A stretch of DNA of 63,589 nucleotides, filler included, from Intoshia linei (taxonomy: Eukaryota; Animalia; Orthonectida), in the NCBI GenBank assembly GCA_001642005.1. It is 7 parts of 7 records of this genome, joined end to end, with 100 filler letters (N's around TTAATTAATTAA, not from the genome) between each part and the next. Parts side by side here need not be neighbours in the genome. Positions count along the whole stretch, not along the records: positions 20,756 to 48,820 come from LWCA01000420.1; 6 more parts are not named here. One strand, given 5' to 3'. Below are positions 27,301-40,149 of this stretch, one piece after another; the first letter of the stretch is position 1; each line of letters opens with the position of its first letter. Made by a program: the position numbers and the translations under genes. The notes below the pieces were generated by a model. It had not been told where the DNA came from. It ran no database searches and worked only from the letters and a program-made list of their open reading frames with translations.

Positions 27301-30300
27301 AATGAATATGCGTTATTTGTTGGTTTTTGACTAATAGTTTGTATTGTTTTCTTTTTGATTGCTTATAAATCACAAGTGTGCGTTCCAATTTTTTTTCTTA
27401 TTCATCATGCCGACATTTTGAGTATTTTTAAAAAAAATTTACAAGTGCGTTAAAATTTTAAATGAAATTATAGTCTAACAAATAATTGTCTTAGCTTATA
27501 ATGTTTTATTTTTTCAAATTTTGCGTCTAAACTTTTTTGAGTTGATTTTTATATCTTAGTGCGTTATTGAATTTTTTATTCATTGATATTACCGATATAT
27601 TTAATTAAATTTTTACAAGTGTGCGTTAAAATGCACAGTTTTTGAATCTGGAAAAACCAGAAGATTTTTATATATTAGTGCGTTACTGAATTTTTTTATT
27701 CATTCATCCTGCCGATACTTTTAATTAATTTTTATATGTCTACAAAAAAGAATTATCAAGTCACTAAATTGTGTAGTTTATTTTTGTTAATTTTTATATT
27801 TCAGTGCGTTTCTAAATTTAATTTAATTAAATTCAAATCTAATCATGCATGTCTACATTAAAAAAAATGTAAAGAATTTACTAGGTGTATAAAATTATAA
27901 TAGACTCTATATAATTTACAGTGAGTTATACAATTTAATTATTTCTTTTAATATACCGATAAAAAAGTGCATTTACAGTGTAATAAAATTTATAAGTTAA
28001 ATCTAAATTATGCAATTCAATTTTGACAATGATGACATTGTGCGCATATGTTGCTTAGGAAATTTTTATAATCTAATTACATTTAATATAGTGCATAACG
28101 CAATGTATGTATTTTATATATGAGTACAAAATTTGTACTGGAAATAAGCATAATTTCAATTATATTCATCGTAATTATTTATTGAATGGTTAAAAAGTGA
28201 AACGTTTTAAAAGTAACTCTTACGTTCTTTTCATTTTCTTTAAAGTCTGCTTAAAACGCGTGTCTGGCCTTGAAAAAATTATTATCTCAATTCATTCTTT
28301 AATTATAATATCGATTAACTACTTAATCTCTAATTTGATTTTGTTTGATAAAGTTGATATTTGCAAAAATTTACAAAATGTTGGCAAATTTAAAGGTTTA
28401 TTTTATAATAAACTAGTATTATCAAGTATTTTCTGTTTTTAGTTTATATAATTTTTAAAAACTAGATTCATAAGGATAATTGTCAATTTATATGTGAGTT
28501 TTTAGGGTAGATATTAACAAATTCTAAAGTTTTAAATGTTTTCTCATTGAATATCCAGTGTGATGAGTTTTATAATTATTGTATGTTTTCAGTGTACTTT
28601 GTAACTTATCGTGACAATTATTACGTCGTTTTTGACGGCTTGAAATTGTGGACCTAGGTGATGATTTTGATTTTAAGTTTTTTTGTAGTCAATTTTCGAC
28701 CTTTTGAATTGATTTCAACGATTGATTTCAATTGATTTGTGATCTATAACTATATGCTCTGTTTGCCTAATAGTTTCACGAAATTAATAAGCAACGGTTT
28801 TATATTTTATTAAATAGTACCTAATTGTACATAAGATTCAAGTCCTATGGTCTGAATGGTTTGTTTCATAAATTATTTTCAAACGTAGCTCGTAGTGTCT
28901 AACGGTTAATTATAGTTAAGATTCTCCTGAATTGATTACATCAATCCAAATATTACAATAGTGTTTACATTCCCTGGAGAATGATAAGAGATATTACCCG
29001 TTGAGTAGCAGTACTCTCGATTTAAAAATTTGCATAAATATTTAAAATTTATTGTGAATATTAATATTATACAGTACATTAATAATTACATTATTAAAGT
29101 TTCGCAAATAAATTGAATTAATTAAATGAAATTAGATAATTTAAATGTCACAAACTAAAAATATGTATTAAATATTAAATTACAATGTACACAAATTTCA
29201 TCAAAATGGTTTCCAAATACGAACATTGCTTTAAAAACATTGACAATACTATTAAATTTATTTATCAAATGCATATACATTTTATCAATTTCAATTTTTA
29301 ATTTAAAGTAAAATTTAATTTATTTATTCTAATGACATTTTTTTGGTTCATCAATCAATCACTCAAATCACTCAATTTTTGAAATAAAATGTGGAATTTA
29401 CATCTGCCATTTATTGATACGAAATTTAATATCTTTAAATAATTTGATAATTGTAAAAATGGCATTATTTATCATTTTTTAACATTCATACTGGGAATAT
29501 TTTTATTACTGTAAAAAACACCACAATTTACACTCAATTATATTTACAAGATGGATCTTGTCAGGTTTTTTTGTCGTTAAAAATTTAAATTAAAAATATT
29601 TTGAAATGATAAAAATTTAGTAATATTTTATTCATTTTCTCGTCTAGACATTAAAAATTAAATGTACAATTGCATACATTCATTGTAAATGGTTGAGTCT
29701 AATTAGTAAGTAAAAAAGTCATTGGCATTAAAAACATTCTACAATTATTTGCAAACAAAAAGGATAAATATTGCAACGACAAAGTCAATCAATTAAATGT
29801 AACAATGTGTATGATTGTACACTACATAGTCTGTATTTAATTTTAAAGAAACATTAGATACTACGTACTAGATTAAATTATATTTTTGTTGCAGTTGGCT
29901 ATTAACAACTTTTCTAAGTGACTTGATAACACAGATATTCAATTGAGTATAACGATACTCGTCAAATTCATACTGTACATCTAAATTTACTTAGAAATAT
30001 CTAACTAGTTCAAAAAAATTCCGCACGTCACTTGGTGTTGCATCGCAATTCAATCGCAACGCTTTTATCTATAGAAACACAATTTGAGTGTAGAGAAATT
30101 TATGAGAATATCAGTTTATCCAAAACACATCTAAGGATGTTTTGAATTTGAAAATGTTGGTTGAAATTAATAGTCAATTTTAGTTATCAACAATTTCAAT
30201 CTGCAAACTATACAAACATGAATTTTGTAAACGAAAAGAAAATAATTAGCACTGCTCCTCCATTACCTCCAAGGAAAAAATCCTTTTCAAGAAAGGAAAA

Positions 30301-33300
30301 AATGCCTTTACCAAAAAAAATTGTAAAATTGGAAAAATGTGATAAACATATAGCCAATTACATAGGAAAAGTAGGGAAAATGAACAGTTTTAGTGAAAAG
30401 AAAGAAAGTAAGATTATGAAATTATTTAGAATGAAAAGGAGTTGTTTTAAAAACGAACAGCCAACGTCCGTTTACAAATTTAGACCTTTACCACAAATTC
30501 CTCAGGACGAAAATGAATCAAAATCTAAATTATCTCCTAATGCGTCATTTACTGAAGGAGGCACTTTAAAACCAGAAAACTACGCAGAACAATTACGAAT
30601 TGCAGCAAAATTACAACAGCAGACCGGTTTATTGAAAATTGGAAATACATGTGTTAATCCAGAATTATCAATGCTTCCCGAAGAAAACTACTCCATTTTA
30701 CCAAATTCTATTTTATTAAATTCTCACAAAAGCAATCTCAAAAACGAATACAATTTAAAAAGTCAATCTGTTGAAAACTGGGGGTCCATTTATGCAGATT
30801 CTTTTTGTTCTGAACCTCCGCCATCTATAAATTTGAAAAAATGTAAATCTAAACTGTATTCAAAGTATAAATCTAGTCGTCTTTGTTCTACACCAAAATT
30901 TCCTACGCCAGTATTATATTGCAAACAAAATTCTCTTGTTATTGCTAACAATTTCAAACAAACTATAACAAACCAAAACGTAGAATCAACAGATAATCAA
31001 TGTCGTACAAATGGTGATTATACTGAAACAAATAAATCAATTATAAATAATAAATACATGGATTTTGTTTCAAATTTAAAATCCAACTATAAATCTGATA
31101 AAATTTCCAAATCAAAGAGTCATGTTTCTATTTCTTTGGATTTAGAAAAAACTGTTGTAACTAAAATTGCAAAATATACATCTGATCTTAATCTCAACTA
31201 TACAAAAAACGTTCAGTCCATTTACGATAAAATGATTTTCCGTTCATTATCAAAACCTCCAGCGTTACCTCCAGAAACTAATCGAAGTTCTGTTAAATCA
31301 TTTGTATCAGCATTTGAAAACCTAAGCAATACTAACCTTAATGAATCTACTCTAGATAAACCAAACATTACACCTTTAAGAAATTCATCCATTAAATTTA
31401 AACCAGTTGAAAAAGAAAACAGTCTAAAAAATAGACACTTGTCGTTATTGGAATCAACCATTGTTCATTTTAAAACTGATTCAGATGAAAAACCGCGCAA
31501 TTCAACAGCTGATATGATTTCAAATTTGACTACCAAAAAGGTTAAATTTTACCCTGAACCTAAAAAAACTAAAGAAATGATACAATCTGTCGAAAGTGGT
31601 ATCAATTCCGTCATTTCTAGTTCCTCGTTTGACAAAAGTATTGTTGACGATCTTAAACATTTACAATTAAACGATACTCATGAACACAGTTTCATTATTG
31701 ATCCTGCAAATACCTGCCCCGTTAACAATAAAATTTGTTTTAATCATGAAATCCAATTTAATTTACCTCAGAATATTTTCCAGTTCATTTTTGAAAATTG
31801 TCAAAATTACACTTTCAATTTTGGCGAGTTATTGACGTGCTTAGTCAATCTTGATGAAAATCCTAATCATGAACTGCTAGACAAACTTTCCGTGTTTAAG
31901 GAATGGAATTTTATCAAAAATTTTAGGTAATTTTAAAAATTTATTTTTAACTCTTACGAGACTATTCAATTTTTACTTCATAAAAACTTAAATTTCACAA
32001 AATAAAAGCCAAACTATTTCATAAAATTTTTTCGAAAGATTATTCAGAGTGAACAATTGAAAGTGTCAACTGTGTTTCAAACAAAAAGTTTAAAAAAATA
32101 GTATATAAATGTTAGTTACGATGAGCTATAATTTGTTTAAAACTTTAACGGCACAACCCAAGGTTTTTTTTAAATTTAATTCATTAATAATAATAAAACA
32201 AATTTAAAATAACAGTACTTAAATTGATGCTTAATTCTCGTTATATATCTAAAAACTATTTAATTAATTAATTAATTACAAAAATTAACTTTTATATCAT
32301 TATGTACAGTTTAATTTTATTAAAAATTTAAGATAGTTTCATTCAATAAAGGTAAAGAACATTTAATCTAATGCGCAAAAACTGAAATACTCCTCAAAAA
32401 AATAATATTATAATTTTTGATATAATTGACCAAAAAAATTAATTTTAGCATGATTATGTACAGTTTAATTACATTAAAAATATACAATTTATTAATTCAA
32501 TAAGGGTAAATATGGGAATATTTTATTTAATGCGCAAAAACTGAAATATCTTTTCATAAAGTAATATTTTATTGTTGACACTATGTAAACATTGGTAATA
32601 ACATTAATTTTGTACTCATATCTCATGAGTAATCATTTGTTCACAATTGACATAAGTACCGCCTTATTTTTGTTTGTATGCAAACAATTTAAATTTATCA
32701 GTGTATTTTTTTTGCATGCCGGCAAACAATAGTAAATTTATAATTGTACTTTTTTGCATGTATACGTGTTATTGTCTCGTAAGGGTTAATGTCAATGTTT
32801 TCAAAAATCGACGCACAACGCATGGTCAATGATCATTTTTAATTGTTAAAATGTATTTGTTGTTATCAACATTTTCAGTTGTGCGTTATTTTTAGCGCAA
32901 TTTATTAATAATTTTACAACAGGTAATATTTTATCTGATTCATAAACATTATAATGTTTTAATATTTTAGAGAGGATTTGTTGAAAAGTGCCATTTCAAT
33001 AAAGGTAAATAATTGTATAAATTGTATCTAAAATAATTTAATTTAGAAACCAGAGCCATCGGAAATAAACCAAAATGAAATTGAAAAGTTGGAAAAACTA
33101 GTTGAATCTTTACGAGAAAAACAAAAAGAAATTGTACAAAAGAAGGAAACTGTAAAAAAATCTATAAAAAATCAATATTTTACCATTAAAACAATTTGTG
33201 AAGACAACGGCGAAAGATTCACCACCTATTTCCAATCAATATCGCAAAACATTAAATTGATGGCTACACTTGTCAATAAAATTTGTAAATTAATGTACTC

Positions 33301-33632
33301 TTGCAATTCACTTTTATTTACATCTCAAGCGTTTTTGTTTGACAATTTTGAGGTAAACTTTAAATGATATTTTTTTAATTATTAAAATATTTTAGACTGA
33401 AATATTAGAAAAATTTGACCAACTACTATTAGAATTAACAGATAGTCTACAATTAAAGTTTGACTTTGATTGGAACTTTACCCAGTACATGGAAAAATTT
33501 TCATCAAAATTAGCACCTCTAGAAAAGAAAAAAATCAAGCAATTAATCGAAATCAACCTAATTATATCAATTCAAGAAAATCATTACAAAAACTATACCA
33601 ACTGGGTTCAAGAAATTATAAATATGGGTTGA
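24368..33632 (+). CDS. Large low-complexity scaffold protein with C-terminal Shroom ASD2/SD2-like domain (~1713 aa)
   Basis: Exons 24368-27154, 27216-27250, 30184-31926, 32971-33004, 33047-33352 and 33396-33632 join in phase (5142 nt). Proline motifs APPLPPRK, RPLPQIP and KPPALPP are present. The C-terminal coiled coil LREKQ..IKTICEDNG-ERF..ILEKFDQLLLELTDSLQLK aligns by eye with Shroom SD2. Confidence 0.6.
27305..27812. repeat. Degenerate intronic tandem repeat, ~60/120-bp period
   Basis: Recurrent AGTG(TG)CGTT motif followed by TTTTTTATTCATT..CCGATA. Confidence 0.55.
31951..32785. mobile_element. piggyBac-type MITE in intron
   Basis: TTAA|CTCTTACGAGAC ... GTCTCGTAAGGG|TTAA; internal ~160-bp duplication at ~32298-32560. 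Confidence 0.85.
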
Positions 33633-33791
33633 TTTTTACTTAATTAGTTATTTGTTTATAATTATTAATTATTTGTATATTGAATGAATAATTTATAATA
33701 AATGTGTACGATGTTATTTATCTTTATACAAGAGTGAAATAAAGAATTTATAATTTGCTACAATTTTAGTTGAATGTACACGAGTTTGGAT

Positions 33792-34583
33792 TTAAATAAA
33801 ATCATCGTATTCGTCGTAGACCATATCGTCATGGATGTCGTTTTTAGGTTTGATCTTTTTCTTTTCTTTTCTTTTTTTCGTCTATTTTAAAATGTAAATA
33901 ACTTGTAACAAACAACTTTAAAAACCTTGTTAACTTTAATTTTGGAATTTGCAACGACATTTAAAGAACTTGTCAACTTGGTCACATCTTCTTTGGAAGC
34001 ATGGACAGTGGTAGAAATTAAAATTTCATTTAACAGTTCAAAATAAAACACTGAACCCTATAATATACATTATCGATTGTTTAAATTGTAAAGTGTCAAT
34101 TACAGAAAACTTAGAAATTTGCTTTGAAATTGATTGTGAAAATTTGTTAATGTTTTCGAGTTTGTTAATACTGTCTTGGTTAATATCCATATTGAATAAT
34201 TCCTTGGAGAGTTTGAGTTCATTCTCCTCTACTTCGTCCCTTATTTGTTGACAAGATTTTATCTTTTGTAACTAAAATATGCGTTATATATTTAGAGGGG
34301 TAATTTTACTTTAGATAGTGTTTCATTTTTTAACTGGTCCATTTTTTTTTGTTTTATAGTAGCGAAACTAGGATTTACTATGACCGGAGTTTTTATTGGT
34401 ACTGCTTCAATTTCGTCAGCTGAATCATCAAACCAATTATCCTAAATAAATATAGCACATATATAAATACTTTTACCTTGACATTACCATCCTCTTCATC
34501 AGATGAGTTATTTAATGCAATTTGTTCATCTAAAATGTATTATTAAAGATTTTTACATAATTCATCATACTCCAATCGTCCAT
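33792..34583 (-). CDS. EIF3J: Eukaryotic translation initiation factor 3 subunit J
   Basis: Six short exons: MDDW|NEQ..SDEEDGNVK|DNWFDDSADE..|..EENELKLSKELF..|..KEDVTKLTSSLNVV..|TKKRKEKKK..DEYDDFI*. Acidic Trp-containing N-terminus, Lys-rich stretch and DDF end are typical of eIF3j/Hcr1. Confidence 0.8.
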
Positions 34584-34882
34584 ATGCCTTTTCAGTTTCT
34601 CAATAAACTCGAATGAAAAAGTTTATTTATTATCGCAAATATGTAAATAATGTCAAGTAAATACGGTTACTGTAAGTACCAAAACACATTTTTCCAGTAT
34701 TTTTTATAAAGTTGATATGTTGTCATGTGTAACTAAATTTATATATTAATGAGACTCAAATTTAGAGTAATGTAAATAATATTGTAATAAATGCTCGATT
34801 GAATCACCGACAATGTAGTGATATATCGCTATCATACTAATCGAGATTCGAATATATACTTTTGATATAACTCACTTGTGAT

Positions 34883-35296
34883 TAGTGCTTCCGCAATTAT
34901 TCATCGATTGTTCACCAATTAATCGAATAATATGATAAAGTTATGCTCTTTTTATCATTTTTATTTTACAAGATTTTGATTTTGGAATTGTTATATTAAA
35001 ATGGAAATACAATACAAGTTAAATTATTAAAATTTTCCCCAAGCTTTAGACTTTGAATTCATTTCTTAATGTAAAAATAATTGTCGATGTATAAATATAA
35101 AATAATTGTCAGATAACTAGAGAGTAATTTTATTGGTTTCTGTTATATACCGAAATAGTTTTACGTAAATATCATGTGTTAAAAAATAATATAACCTAAC
35201 AACAAATGAAGTAATACTATACAAAATAAATTTCAGTTGTTCGATTAACTGTTTGACGAACAAACAAATGAACAATTATTCATTGCGGAAGCACTA
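34883..35296. mobile_element. hAT MITE (414 bp) nested in the LTR-like element
   Basis: Perfect 15-bp TIR TAGTGCTTCCGCAAT and perfect 8-bp TSD CTTGTGAT. Confidence 0.92.
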
Positions 35297-35301
35297 CTTG
35301 T

Positions 35302-35393
35302 GATGTCTAACTGGCAGAGTGGTTATAGTCATATAATTGTATTGTGCGTGGCTAGGTTCGAATCGAGATTTGGACATCTTTTTATTTAAGATG
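35302..35393 (+). ncRNA. tRNA-derived Pol III unit inside the LTR-like element (not a canonical tRNA)
   Basis: 9-bp closing stem GATGTCTAA/TTGGACATC, A box TGGCAGAGTGG, B box GGTTCGAATC, central hairpin TAGTCAT...GTGGCTA and TTTTT immediately downstream. Confidence 0.6.
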
Positions 35394-35903
35394 AACTTAT
35401 CAAAGTTCTTATCTGCCAATCGTTACAGACAAGACTCCTAAAAAGTATCAATAACAATTATCATTTAATTTTACGTAATTAATTAATTATAAAATACGTT
35501 CATTATTAAAAGATGAAAGTCTTAAACTTTAAGACATCGAGCAATGTATATGAATGAAAGTATTTAATTCTGCGTTAATCGAATAATTAACGAAAACGGA
35601 AAAATTTGTTAAAATTTACATCGATATTATCTGGATATCGATAAAAATAACTTGTCGCGTCAACGAATTTTTTATTTGATTTGACAGCTGACTATAAAAA
35701 GATTTTATATTATTTTTAACGTAATCTAATCAAGTTATGAATTAACAAAAATACGGAAAACGTTCCAACTTGGAAGCTCTACTAGAGCTGCTCTAGTCAT
35801 ATTGGATGAGTCATACATGCATCTAAGTAACACTAAATTTAGCAAATAAGTTTATCTAAAAATTGAATAAAAATATGGAAACCAAATAAACTGAAATTTA
35901 TCA

Positions 35904-36666
35904 ATGTTAAGGGTATGCCAGGTAATTTATTTTTTAAAATTAAAACAAGTAATTTGATAGTGGTTACATTTAACCAAAGCATATAAATACAACCATCAAA
36001 ACCCTTCTCCAAAATGGATAACCAAATTAAAATCAAAGAGTAATCATTGGATGCAACCATTGATTGATTACAACAAAACTAAACCAGTAAACGTTGCATA
36101 TCCCATGCATTGGGTAACATTGATAAAACCATCATATCATATCCCCTATTGGGAAAAGGATGTAATATCTGAGCTAGGCTTCACAAATAGGGTTTATATA
36201 CTTTATAAAAAACTGTACAAAAATTTAGATTAAAAGTTTGCCCATTTTAAATAGTCAAATGAATAATGAAAAATTATCAAAAATTAAACATTTAGTCCTG
36301 ATTGAACAGTTGAAATTTAAAGAAAATGATATTAATGAAATAAATAATGTTAATTTAAAAGATTTTTATATTGATATAAACAGTGCTACAATAAAAAGAC
36401 GAAAATATTGGAAACCTAAAATGAACAATGAAGAATCAACTGAAAAATCAAAACAGTATAATGAAAATTGGAATTTATCCTACAAATTATTGGATAAGAC
36501 GGTTAAACGAGATCAAAAAAGATTTATGATTCACTATGAATATGTTGAACCACAGTATGAATATTTATATAACCAGGACGGAAAGGAATATCGATATGAT
36601 CACGAACGACAAAATCAAGTTCCTTCTGCATGGATACCATTTCATAGTTTTAAACCCAAAAGTTGA
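35904..36666 (+). CDS. MRPL30: Mitochondrial ribosomal protein uL30m
   Basis: Exons 35904-35921, 35961-36191 and 36229-36666. HWVTLIKPSYHIPYWEKDVISELG...NEKLSKIKHLVLIEQLK matches the MRPL30 core. Confidence 0.85.
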
Positions 36667-36676
36667 TAATACATGT

Positions 36677-37669
36677 TTAATAATCAATTTCATTAAATTT
36701 TCCCTTTATTTCTCCTAGTTGAATTACTTTACATAGTAATATCGTTGTCCCATTTAACTCTTTACATTTACCGTCATTTTGAAATTTTTGAAATTGATCT
36801 GCATTTTCCCATTGGGCTGCAAACATTGAACTGATGTTCCATAAGCCACGTATATTTTCAATTTTGTTGTTTGGTAAGATTATCAAATCTCCACCGTATT
36901 CTTGTATTGTTTCGTTTATTGGTGTCACGCATTTGCAATCTATTAGACATTGGTTGTTATCGTCGTTGTACGATAAAGAAATCCAACGTTTACTTGTGTC
37001 TTAATTTTTATACTATTATTTTTTATATTGTCACAGTTCTATTATTCTACCGGAATTTAATTTGTCAATTTTTTTCGTGGTACCGGTGGTATTCATTTAT
37101 TAATTAACTTGATTGACTTAACGGGGTCGACGATGGAAAAGTTTAAGACCCATGTACCATTCAAAATATTTTATTGTCCAAAATTTTATTTTTTTGATTT
37201 TAACTTATTCACACTAAGCTTATGTAAGGTTTCACATATATTACCATGACAAGGGACATTAAACGTTATGGTAAATCAAAAATGACTAAATAACTTAAAT
37301 CAAGGTAATGCCATTATAAATTTTACCAAGTTCTTTATATCCGGAAATCATAATAATATCTACGCCATCTAACCAATCAAATTGTCTAATATCAGGACAC
37401 CCACATATAAATCGTGTAGCTTCCTCTTCATTATAAAAATCAATCAAAGCGAGCCAGTCATGATCATTCCAAGTTTTGGAATCGCATTGAATCTAAGGCA
37501 CTTTACATTTAAAATTTACATTAAAAAATGTTACTTGACTAGCCATACCAATGACGCGCCCATTATAATTGTGAATTATTGATAATTTGCTTATTAATGA
37601 ATTTTTACAGGCATGAAATCTTCCATTGTAGAATCTAATGAGAATCAAAACACTGCGATTTTTATTCAT
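36677..37669 (-). CDS. Protein with two DUF1330-like (dimeric alpha/beta barrel) repeats, ~207 aa
   Basis: Exons 37669-37535, 37492-37327 and 36999-36677 are in phase. Repeat 1: YNGRVIGMASQIQCDSKTW..WLALIDFYNEEEATRF. Repeat 2: YGGDLIILPNNKIENIRGLW..MFAAQWENADQFQKF. Confidence 0.55.
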
Positions 37670-38154
37670 AAGTTTTTGATTTAATGGTAAATGAGATTTA
37701 AAACCAATTTAATTATACTTGTATCGTATCAACTGACTGTAAACAAAACCAAATTTATTAAATATAGGTTAATAACAGGTAAATTGACATAAATCGAAAT
37801 TTTTTTAATTTTTATTGTTAAATAATTACAATTATGTTTGACACTGTTATAAATGTTTTTTTAATTTTAAAGTCTTAAATAATATACCATACACTAAATA
37901 TATTTATTAACCAATTTTATTTGTCATAAATGTCACAAGTTAAGTTTGATTAAACTTTTCATGTAAATTTCAATAATATCAAACATGAAAGGTTTCTTTA
38001 TTACAGAATGAGTTTATTGTTACAATGTATTTGATTTTTTATTATATCTGATTACTATACTAAAACCTTTATAATCGATATATTATATATGTATTAAAAA
38101 AATAAAATTTTATTTTATCCATAAACATTTGTATACATTAAGTTATTATTGATA

Positions 38155-39045
38155 TCCTTACTTATATAATATGATTTGTTTGTCTGTGTGTGTTAACGTT
38201 TATTTCAATAACTACCAGTCTTAGAATTTTATAAAGTTCACATTTCTATTACAGTTTTTTTTCGGGGTGTTAGCAAAATAAATTTCAACATCCCAAACTC
38301 ACATCTTACGGGTCAAAAAGCCCAATTGTCCTTTTTTTTAAAAATCAAACGAGTTCGGAATTTAAAAAAATATATCTTCAAAGCCAAAACATCAAATTAC
38401 TTTTTTTTTTTTTAATGAAAACAGCCCTAGAATTTAAAACAATCTACAGGTGGTACAGTTGTATCCTGTTAACACACACAAAAAATTTCAATCTGAATAG
38501 TACAGTTGTATCCTGTTAACACACATAAAAAATTTCAATCCGAATAAGTGACGACTTCACGGTAAAAAAAGTATTTTAGTATTCATATATTTTTTTCCGA
38601 AATATTTTATTATCAATAAGTAAACAAAAAATGTGAAATAATAAACGCTCCAAAAATTAAAAAAAAATTATTTTGATAGAGCTTATTTCAGTTGATATAA
38701 ATACAAAATTTCAACCCCAGAAATCTACGCATTCCCGGTGAAAAATAATTTTTAATATATTATCAACCTATATTTTTTAAATACATAAAAAAATGTATTT
38801 CGATTAAAATAAAAATATTGATCCTACAATTTCAAAAAAAATGTGCAGTGAACGTCTATACATTTCCAATAAAGAAATATGGGTGAAAATCTATATAATT
38901 TATTCCTTTGCAATTTTTCAATCTCATATTATCATTTTTAAAACATTTTGTTTAAAATTTAAATTAAAACTACAACGAATTACTAAAAGTAATACAACTT
39001 TGTTATTATCATTATTATGTATTACAATTTTTTGAAATATTGGTA
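38155..39045 (+). mobile_element. Helitron-like non-autonomous repeat (longest copy)
   Basis: 5' end A|TCCTTACTTATATAATATGATTTGTTTGTCTGTGTGTGTTAACG. Related pieces at ~10800, 17840, 21080, 40150, 43370, 50965, 52230, 61157 and 61540. No 3' CTRR/hairpin found. Confidence 0.6.
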
Positions 39046-39534
39046 AAATATTATAAAACGCCTGGAAAACAATGGAATAGAGTTTTTTGTGAATTGAAGA
39101 ATAATAATATTTCTCCGTATATATATGAATTATTGGAAAATTGTCAATCAACTTTAGTTGCCGTAAAACGAAACTTCTCTATGCTTAAAAAACTGATGTA
39201 AAAGATAGAAATATTATAATCGATAATATATAGTTTGTCATTATAGATTAGTAACTAATTAAATTAATTAATATTATTTTTTTCAATGAATTTTAATTAA
39301 TTGTCAAAAAGAGGATCAAAATGAAAACAGCTCTAAAATTTATAGATGGTACACTTTTGCAACGACTATTTAGTGCAGTTCCTACTCTTACAGACTATAT
39401 AAATTCTAGATATGTACTGGGTTCGGATAACTTACCTATTAAATTTTTTATATTGAAAAACTTTTTTAAATTAACGGTAACTGAAAATAATTTACCGATA
39501 TTGAAACACTAGTTGGCACTCATAAATATTTATT

Positions 39535-40057
39535 AGGGTGGATTCAAGGGCGCAGTTGCAAACCCTAAATTTAAAAAAAAAATTTTACTTAATTTTTTGT
39601 AAAATAACTGAAAAAGATTTTAATTTATTTAAACAATATTTATGGCGCATAACATTACATGAACAATTAATCATGTGACTTGAGGCTTTTGTTACATGCA
39701 CATCGGCATCTATAATTGTTAATTTTATATTTGAATTATCAAACAATAAAGTCAAAGCATTTATCAATTTATAGTTTTTTCTGAAGTCATTATATTATAT
39801 ATTCTTTTAATAAATATAATAAGTTTCACAATTTTATTAAAACTTTTAGGAATAAAAGTGCCCCCAGTAGTTCTCTGAAGAATTTTTTTTATTTTTGTAA
39901 AAAAATACAAATTTGAAAACTATTACATAACAACCTTTAAATGAAATTAAAAGAGATGCCCTAAAAATCTTTTGCTAAAAAGTTAAATATATTGCTCGCT
40001 TCGCTTCGCAAAATGTCGCTTGCTTCCCTCGCATCCCATTAACTAGTATCCGCCCCT
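39535..40057. mobile_element. Possible PIF/Harbinger-like MITE
   Basis: Imperfect ends AGGGTGGATTC / GTATCCGCCCCT; no clear TSD. Confidence 0.35.
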
Positions 40058-40149
40058 ATATATTGAGTATCTGCGTTCGATGACTAAAAAATATAAATTT
40101 TGTATCAATAATTAACGGAATCAACACTTTAGAAACATATTTCAGATGA

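Larger units (their letters stand above)
34814..35427 (+). mobile_element. tRNA-containing solo-LTR-like element, copy 2 (interrupted by a hAT MITE)
   Basis: TGTAGTGAT...ATCGTTACA flanked by a perfect 5-bp TSD GACAA (34809-34813, 35428-35432). Confidence 0.85.

Noticed and set aside
27305-27812. CRISPR-like repeat-spacer array
   Set aside because: Repeats are degenerate, the spacers resemble each other, it lies in a eukaryotic intron, and no cas genes are present.
31961-32162. Extra exon of the Shroom-like gene
   Set aside because: Stops in all three frames, and it lies inside the piggyBac MITE.
35302-35393. Functional tRNA gene (possible TGT anticodon)
   Set aside because: D, anticodon and T stems do not pair canonically and differ among copies; treated as tRNA-derived.
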